A DNA stretch of 64,000 nucleotides, taken from Carpediemonas membranifera BICM (taxonomy: Eukaryota; Protista; Fornicata). The stretch lies in the NCBI GenBank assembly GCA_019828565.1, contig JAHDYR010000067.1:402244-466243 (forward strand). The letters are read 5' to 3'. This document shows positions 57,461 to 64,000 of this stretch, one piece after another (positions within the stretch are counted from its first letter, which is position 1; every line of letters starts with the position of its first letter). Both the position numbers and the translations under genes were made by a program. Below the pieces are notes generated by a model. It was not told the origin of the DNA and did not search any database. It was given only the letters and a program-made list of their open reading frames with translations.

Positions 57461-58771
57461 ATGAACGTCGAGCTCGCGGACGGCGAGGAGCTCCCGGTCG
57501 CCATGCACACGCTGAACCAGGGCGCGGTGTGGGCGTGTCTGGTGGGTGGCGGGGCCAACCCCGACCTCGAGGACAGGGTGCTGGAGGAGGCTCAAGATGA
57601 GGAGCCACACACTACCAGGATGCACGACAAGATCCGCAACGCTCTCGCCCCTGAGGCCAAGTGCCTCTGGTTCCTCTGCCGCAAGTTCTTCTTCTCGCTG
57701 AATGTGGCAGAGAAGGACGGCGAGAGCTATCAGTGGAATTGGCACGACATATGCCACCACCGCATGTACATGGGCCGACTCTTCATGCTCAGTACTGCCA
57801 ACCACACCGCCCTCACCAGGGCCAGGATGCCCAGGGCCCTCGAGGTCGAGAGCAACGTGATCACCCACATCGCCAGGACGCCCAAGGGCATGTGGGGCTG
57901 GGGGTATAGCGGAAATGGTCAGCTGGGGTTCAAGTCATCTGGGTTCAACGACCCGACCCGCCTCACCTTCCCCGCCTGCGCCGAGGTCGCCGAGCTCGAG
58001 GCCAGCCTGCCCGCCTGGGAGAAGCACTGGATGGTGACTGATGTGTCGCTGATTTGTGATCGGACGTTCATCCTCTCTTCGGTCGGCACTGTCATGGCTG
58101 GTGGACATCCAGAATGGTATGTCGGCCCAGTCGTGGAGGAGAACAGACCCCTCTTCCACCCAGTCGCTGTGCCATCTGGCTTTGTCCCAGATCACATCAT
58201 GCATGTGGGAAGTTTATTTATCGCGACTGTCATCCTCTCCATGGGCGATCGGCAGGTGATCAGCGGGAGAAACGATTATGGCCAGCTGGGACTCGGGCAC
58301 GGCAATGGTTTGTCTGGATTCGTTGACCTGCCCTTCTGGGTCGACCGGATCATAACAAGCAGCTTATTCTTCGTCTTCCTCAGTGGCCGCCAGCTGCTCT
58401 TCGCTGGCGAAGTTCCCATCCATATCGCCCAGTCGGGCCTGCTGCCTTGTTTCAGCGAGGATGACTTCTGCATCACAGCCACCCCGCTCCGGTTCCCAGA
58501 GAGGGTCAAGGGGTTCTGGTGTGACGATTATCAGATCGTCTGGGTGACCGAGGGTGCCACCCACTTCTTCCACCATGGGAAGCTTACCGTGGTTCCTATT
58601 GAGGCGACAGCGTTCAGTGAAGACCTGTACATTCGCTTCTGCGACTCAACCGGCCAGTGGTTCAGGGTGGTGGGTGAGTCAGATGGGGTGGCTGAGCTGG
58701 TCGAGTGCGAGGCGCCCAGAAGGCCGAGAGACATCATTCCCGTCGATTTCGACCCAAGCCCTCAATCATAA
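57461..58771 (+). CDS. RCC1/BLIP-II-like repeat protein
   Basis: WGWGYSGNGQLG and SGRNDYGQLGLG repeats. Confidence 0.8.
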   Translation: MNVELADGEELPVAMHTLNQGAVWACLVGGGANPDLEDRVLEEAQDEEPHTTRMHDKIRNALAPEAKCLWFLCRKFFFSLNVAEKDGESYQWNWHDICHHRMYMGRLFMLSTANHTALTRARMPRALEVESNVITHIARTPKGMWGWGYSGNGQLGFKSSGFNDPTRLTFPACAEVAELEASLPAWEKHWMVTDVSLICDRTFILSSVGTVMAGGHPEWYVGPVVEENRPLFHPVAVPSGFVPDHIMHVGSLFIATVILSMGDRQVISGRNDYGQLGLGHGNGLSGFVDLPFWVDRIITSSLFFVFLSGRQLLFAGEVPIHIAQSGLLPCFSEDDFCITATPLRFPERVKGFWCDDYQIVWVTEGATHFFHHGKLTVVPIEATAFSEDLYIRFCDSTGQWFRVVGESDGVAELVECEAPRRPRDIIPVDFDPSPQS

Positions 58772-59694
58772 ACGTTCTGAAGCTACAGTGAGCTCCTTGC
58801 ATGTCTCAGGCAGGACGCTGTCCTCGCATGACCAGAGAAGGTTGAGCGACCAAGGAGATGCTGCAGCCCAGGGCAGACTGTCGGCCAGAGGCCCCGGGCG
58901 GTGTCAGTCGCGCGAAACCGGCCGCGCACTTTTGCAGCTTTTTTCACGCAAAAAAGTCAGAGGGCCGAAGCGCCGCGAACTGAGCGTCTTGCTCGTTCTC
59001 ATGCTTCGGCGCTCGCTAATGCTTCTGCCTTCAGCCCCTGCATGGGCTGCGCGGCGAGGCACTTAGCGAAACGCACGTGAACTCCACGGCTGCGAATGCC
59101 TTAACGCATCGGGGCTACTCAGACACACGGTATACGCCATCTTTCAAACAACATCAACACGACGTCGGAAGCCCGTGCCAGGGCGCGCGAGCGCTCGGGA
59201 AGGTCTGAGTTCGACAGTGAGCTGCGAGAGGCAGTCGGCACGAAAGCGCCGCTGCAGGCACTAGAAAGCACCGCCGCTTGCTCGTTGGCAGATGAGGCCC
59301 CGGCCGATGCTTAGAGCTCGCGGCGCTGGAAGCCTGCAGAAGTATCTATCAGTCAAATGCACGGGGCTGCTGGGCTCTCCCAGTAGAAACACAATTCAGA
59401 CTACTCTCCGACGTCATCGCTAACCAACATCATCGCACCTCTAAATGCCGCCTGCCGTTGTTGCCCAGAATGGGTCACGCGAGAGCACACCAAGACGGCC
59501 GTTGGAGTCGGATGTGCGGCACGATCATCTGCTGGGCCCTAAGCTGGTCAAAGACCATGATGTCATCGATCATGGAGGGGATTGCCCGATGACAACACCG
59601 CGCCATGAACTACGGAGCCACAGGTTGGGCTGGGCTAGCTAAGGTAACGAACAATATTTATAAATACAGCATGACATCGATCAATTGATCACAT

Positions 59695-62600
59695 TCACCT
59701 GCGCCGCCTCTGATTCGGCACATACCCCATCGCCTGCCCCATGCCTTGTCCGGCCATCATGCCATGGTGGGCCATAGCCTGTTGCTGCTGGGCAAGCCGC
59801 ATCTGCTGCTCTTGGAGCTCAATGGCCTTGCGACGGAGCTCCTCCTGGCGACGGGTCTCCTCCTCCGCCTCCAGCCGGGCCTGCATCATCCTGTCATGCT
59901 GGGCTCTCCGCGACGCGTCCATCTGCTGCCTACGGAACATCTTCTCCTGCTCGACGGACCGGCCGGACCGAGCAGCGGCAGACCGCAACGCCTCCTGCTC
60001 TTGGTCCCGCTTCCTTTGCTCGTAGCGACGGCGCTCCTTCTTGCCCATGCGGCGTATAGCCTCGCGCTCCATCTCCGCCTCCTGCGCCCGTCTCATCGCG
60101 TCCATCTGCTCGTGTCTGGCCTGTTCCTGTCGCTGCATCTCTCTAGCCTGCGCCAGTGCCGCCCTACGAGCCATCTCTTGCTCGTACCTCTGCTGCTCTT
60201 GGGCCAGTCGACGCTGCTCCTCCATCTGCTTGCTGATCTCGGCCTGGACGCGCTTCTGTTCCTCCGCGAGGGCCCTCTGTTGCTGCAGAGACAGCTCACC
60301 CTGCTCTCTCTGGGCGTTGATTTGATCCAAAGCTTCCTTCTCCTTCTCTAGGGCACGCTCAACGTCCTTTTGCTGCTTCTGACGCCTCTTCTCTATCTTC
60401 GCGCGTCTGGCCTCGAGCTTCTTGACCTGTGCCTCCTCGCGATCTCTGAGCTTTCTAAACTTGACCTGCTGGACGGCCATCTTACTGAGACCAATAGTGG
60501 AGTCGTCCTTGACGAGTAGCTGGGTGAAGTCGCCGCTCTCGTTCTTGATACGTTTGAGCTCGCGTACAGCCTCATTGAAAGCGGTATCTTTGGCGTTCTT
60601 GACAGCGAAGGCGGCGTCACGCTTCGTGCGGTCGAATCTCTCGTTCTGAGAGCTCAGCTGACCAGAGGCAACCCGATAGGATGAATAGAGGAAGTACAGA
60701 GTGACCCCGAGCAGGGCGAGAACGATGAGCAGGAAGATCGGCTGGAGGAAGAGGTCGATCCATCCATTGAGATCTGATCCGCCCAACTTGAATGTGTTGA
60801 GGTAGTACAAGAGGGCCTCGTAGCCGCCCCCGTGGGCAGTGAAAGGACCGCAATCATCCGGGTCGTTGCCGAAGGTGGTGAGGAAGACCACCATGGGGAT
60901 CGAGCAGACGGCGAATGTGAGGCAGAGGAAGAGGACAAAATACTGCGAGAGACGGGTCGCGCCGATCTTTTGGACGCCGGGCTGACAGAAGCGGAGTTCC
61001 CACCGCTTGATGTAGAACACGAGGATGAATGAAAGAGCCCCAAGTACAGCGATGCCGGGGGAGATAAGGAGACCGATCCAGATGATCGCCTGACGGAACA
61101 TGACTTGGATGGTGTTCGGAAGGAGTTCAAAGGTAGTAATCTTACCGCGGCGTTTCTTGACCAAGCTGATAATCGGCAGCCTTATGCCGCTGGAGAGGAG
61201 GGTGCGAACAGTGTCCATCATTAGAATCATCCACAGCACCCGGCCGATGTTGAGAGCAGGACATGTCTGGGACTCCGACCTGATGCTCGTAGCGTCCGTT
61301 GTAGTCAGGGTAGAAAAGGCGGGGGAGAACAGGAAGTAGACGATGAGGGCGATGATGGCCATCTGCATCGCCCAGGATCGGCCCACGGAGTAGTACAGCC
61401 GATCCCGGGGCTTCTTCCAGCGCTCAAAGGCCGAGATCCGCGTGATTGCGACGGGTATGACAGCCACGGAGAGCACGGTGCCCATTGAAAAGATGAACAC
61501 AGATGCCGTAATGAAGTCGTCGCCGACTCGTACGATGAGCTGGACGAGGACGAGCGAGATGGCCACGATGACGCCGGCAATGAGGGTGCTGGCACCGAAG
61601 CCGGCAACCTTCCACAGAGTGTCGATGAGAAGCTCCTTATGTGTGCGGTGGCAGACCGCCTGCTGCACGCGATACTGCGATGCGAGCTCTCTGATGTTGT
61701 TGACAATCGACGCTCTTACAAGTGCAGCACTCTTCTTCTTGTTGAACGAAAAATCCCAGGTTCCATAAACCAGTGAGCCCGCAGGATAGGCGTCGTCTCT
61801 TCGTACAACAGTGTCATCGCCAAGGCCGAGCACTTTGTTTCTGACCCATCTTATGAGGACAACGGTGGTTCCTACGAAGGTTAGCAGGATGAATAGCACC
61901 CAGAGGAGATCAAAGGGGATGTAGAATCCGTCGGGAGCCTTGGACGTCGTCTTCTCGCCAAGGAGCCAGGAGTAGTCTGCTGCAACTGCCTCGTTAGGGT
62001 ATGAAGGGAAGAACATGGGTGTGTGTACGAGCCAGGAGCGCTGAATCCACCACGATGCAGTGTGGTCCTTAAAATGCTCCCTCCATGACTCACGAAGCCA
62101 CATGGGCAACATGAGGAGGAGTGCCAACATGGCCATGGCAACGTTCATGAAGATCAACGTCCGAGTGAACGAGAAGAACGCCTCCACACTGGATCCGAAC
62201 TTGCCGTCGATGCGTCTGAGGTCTTTCTTCCACAAGGGAACGGGATCTCGCCAACGAGTGATAACCCACTTCCCCATTGCTACGAGACGCATCGGATGCA
62301 GCTTACCGCGGCGACGGGAGCGGCGTGAGTTCCCGTGCTTGAGCTCGACGTTGTTCTCTCGCACGGCCCTGCGAAGTGATGAGGCCCACGCGTGCGCTTG
62401 GCCCGTGACAAGCAGTGTATGAAGAGAGTCGACCTCGACCAGCGATGTCTGAAGGCGAAGCATCTCTGCGTTCTTGCCTACAGTTGTTCCTTTGCGGAGT
62501 GTCTTCTTTCTCGGTGATTTCCTGGGCGACTGCTTGGGGGATGGTGGGAGGTCCTCCTCCTCGACTGCCTCCTCCTGGATCGATTTGAGGGTCATCCCAC

Positions 62601-63372
62601 GCTTCAGATCAGCCATACTGGGTGGCTGCTGGCCTCTCTTGAGGGTTCCAACGATCATGTCCGCTGCTTTGAGCGTGGCGTCCTCGAGAGAAGTATCCTC
62701 ATCCGCAGTGACTGTCTCGAGGACAGCCTTGATCTGGTCATCATCGAGGTTAGCGAAGAAGGAGAACAGGTCGTCGTTGGCGTCCAGGACATCCTCGTTC
62801 ATCGCACTGGAGTCGGCGATGGAGCTCTCGAAGTCGTCGAGGTAAATGGAGTCGGAAACGACGGAGGTTGGCTCGTCCACGAGATCTGGGATGAGAGAGG
62901 GCTCGATAGCGATGGAGGGCAGGTCGGTCTCGGCTGAAGTCGAAAACTGCGCGCTGGGAGGCTCTGTCGAGTAGGCTGGGGGTGACGGAGCAGCGGCGGG
63001 AGTCGGTGGTTCCACAGAGCCATCGGTGGCGTCGGTTACTGTTGTCTCGAGGACCTGGGCCTGCTCCTCTTCGGGCGTTTCAAGGGCAAGTGGTGAGGTA
63101 GGGGACTTCCAGTCGACTGAACCTTGGTCAAAGGCGCTCGATACAGCGTTATTGAACTCGTTGGCGGTTTGTGCAAGAACAGAATCCCAATCGTCGTCGT
63201 CAATTGTGGCCATACGCTCACTGGGCACAAAATTGCTCGGCATTTCCGCGTGACGACTTTGTGAAGCAGAATTTGTCGGGTTGGAGCTCAGTTCACTGGA
63301 CGGGACATCATCATCGCTGACGTCCTCGAAGTCCAGGTCAAAATCGCCGTTTGGCCGGCTCCCTGAGCTCAT
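59695..63372 (-). CDS. Transmembrane channel-like (TMC) family protein
   Basis: LRRIDGKFGSSVEAFFSFTR.L..MN, TWDFS, FE....TIQVMFRQAIIWIG..ISP, CGPF; ~10 hydrophobic segments; acidic N-terminus and coiled-coil C-terminus. Confidence 0.9.
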   Translation of the reverse strand: MSSGSRPNGDFDLDFEDVSDDDVPSSELSSNPTNSASQSRHAEMPSNFVPSERMATIDDDDWDSVLAQTANEFNNAVSSAFDQGSVDWKSPTSPLALETPEEEQAQVLETTVTDATDGSVEPPTPAAAPSPPAYSTEPPSAQFSTSAETDLPSIAIEPSLIPDLVDEPTSVVSDSIYLDDFESSIADSSAMNEDVLDANDDLFSFFANLDDDQIKAVLETVTADEDTSLEDATLKAADMIVGTLKRGQQPPSMADLKRGMTLKSIQEEAVEEEDLPPSPKQSPRKSPRKKTLRKGTTVGKNAEMLRLQTSLVEVDSLHTLLVTGQAHAWASSLRRAVRENNVELKHGNSRRSRRRGKLHPMRLVAMGKWVITRWRDPVPLWKKDLRRIDGKFGSSVEAFFSFTRTLIFMNVAMAMLALLLMLPMWLRESWREHFKDHTASWWIQRSWLVHTPMFFPSYPNEAVAADYSWLLGEKTTSKAPDGFYIPFDLLWVLFILLTFVGTTVVLIRWVRNKVLGLGDDTVVRRDDAYPAGSLVYGTWDFSFNKKKSAALVRASIVNNIRELASQYRVQQAVCHRTHKELLIDTLWKVAGFGASTLIAGVIVAISLVLVQLIVRVGDDFITASVFIFSMGTVLSVAVIPVAITRISAFERWKKPRDRLYYSVGRSWAMQMAIIALIVYFLFSPAFSTLTTTDATSIRSESQTCPALNIGRVLWMILMMDTVRTLLSSGIRLPIISLVKKRRGKITTFELLPNTIQVMFRQAIIWIGLLISPGIAVLGALSFILVFYIKRWELRFCQPGVQKIGATRLSQYFVLFLCLTFAVCSIPMVVFLTTFGNDPDDCGPFTAHGGGYEALLYYLNTFKLGGSDLNGWIDLFLQPIFLLIVLALLGVTLYFLYSSYRVASGQLSSQNERFDRTKRDAAFAVKNAKDTAFNEAVRELKRIKNESGDFTQLLVKDDSTIGLSKMAVQQVKFRKLRDREEAQVKKLEARRAKIEKRRQKQQKDVERALEKEKEALDQINAQREQGELSLQQQRALAEEQKRVQAEISKQMEEQRRLAQEQQRYEQEMARRAALAQAREMQRQEQARHEQMDAMRRAQEAEMEREAIRRMGKKERRRYEQRKRDQEQEALRSAAARSGRSVEQEKMFRRQQMDASRRAQHDRMMQARLEAEEETRRQEELRRKAIELQEQQMRLAQQQQAMAHHGMMAGQGMGQAMGYVPNQRRRR

Positions 63373-63558
63373 CTGTTAGTTGTTGCCAAAAGTGCACGCC
63401 AAATCGGGCTGGCTGAATGTAGTGACAAATAGTCCGCAATATGGCGCCATATCGTCTGTGGATCGGCGTGGCTCCAACTGCCTCTCGGAGCCGCGCCGTA
63501 ACCTGCGTTGCTACCAAAAGGTGACGTGGACGTTGTTGTCATCAGACGAAAGATAGCC

Positions 63559-64000
63559 ATGGGAAAACAAGCATTTGAACTTAAAGCCACTCTCGAGAAC
63601 GTAGGATCTCTTGTAGTTTCCCCGGATATGCCCTACAACGTTCAAATCAAGTGCTCTCTCTGTGGCGAGATCCACCAGAAGACTGTGCAGCTCACCGAAG
63701 ACCATCTGGAGCCCATTCCTCCGAAAAACCGCAGTGAAGGTATGTTTTATCTCCAAAGCACCATATTCTTAACCAGCACACTTCGTGATGAAATGCAAGG
63801 GCTGCGGCCGCGTCAACTCCCTTAGCATCACCAAAGTGACGCCATACACCCAAAGCGAGAGCTGGCAGATGGTCTGTGAGCTCGAATGCCGCGGATTTGA
63901 GGTGAGCGAGTGGTATCCTCGGCACTTTGTTGGGACTGGCATCGAGGGCGCCGAGGAGGCGAAGTACGAAGTTGAGCTAGAGGACGAGGAGGGGTGGGCC
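63559..64000 (+). CDS. CXXC zinc-binding protein DUF866/UPF0587 (CZIB/C1orf123-like), 3' incomplete, intron 63740-63776
   Basis: LKATLENV..IKCSLCGE; splicing the 37-nt GTATG...TAACCAG intron gives AHFVMKCKGCGR...LECRGFE..EWYP. Confidence 0.9.

Noticed and set aside
1-64000. Assignment to a specific organism (repertoire reminiscent of a free-living metamonad)
   Set aside because: No diagnostic marker gene in the window; cannot be supported without a search.

Overview
Eukaryotic (protist-like, GC-rich, intron-poor; one 37-nt GT-AG intron seen) genomic window. About 50 kb (3.5-53.8 kb) is a nested mobile-element island lying between ordinary host genes (left: TM-kinase-RING-Vps25-like fusion; right: HEAT/PP4R-like, RCC1-like, TMC channel, DUF866/CZIB). 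The island holds (i) a single-ORF APE-RT LINE with a (TTC)n tail; (ii) three unrelated, compact chromodomain Ty3/Gypsy elements with 53-, 55- and 121-bp LTRs, each with a perfect 12-14 bp palindrome where a tRNA primer-binding site should be; (iii) a ~20-kb element (31102-51182) bounded by ~60-bp imperfect TIRs, encoding a divergent Transib/RAG1-like DDE transposase plus chromatin/cell-cycle-type cargo (PHD, SET, protein kinase, OTU proteases, HEPN, and a degenerate tyrosine-recombinase fold fused to a Rad21/kleisin-like segment), punctuated by five near-identical ~375-bp modules; (iv) a truncated sister element (18362-24960) with a co-varying TIR and orthologous cargo; (v) a tyrosine recombinase pseudogene. 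All family assignments come from motif recognition by eye, with no database searches. Many frameshifts sit in short homopolymers and may be assembly errors.
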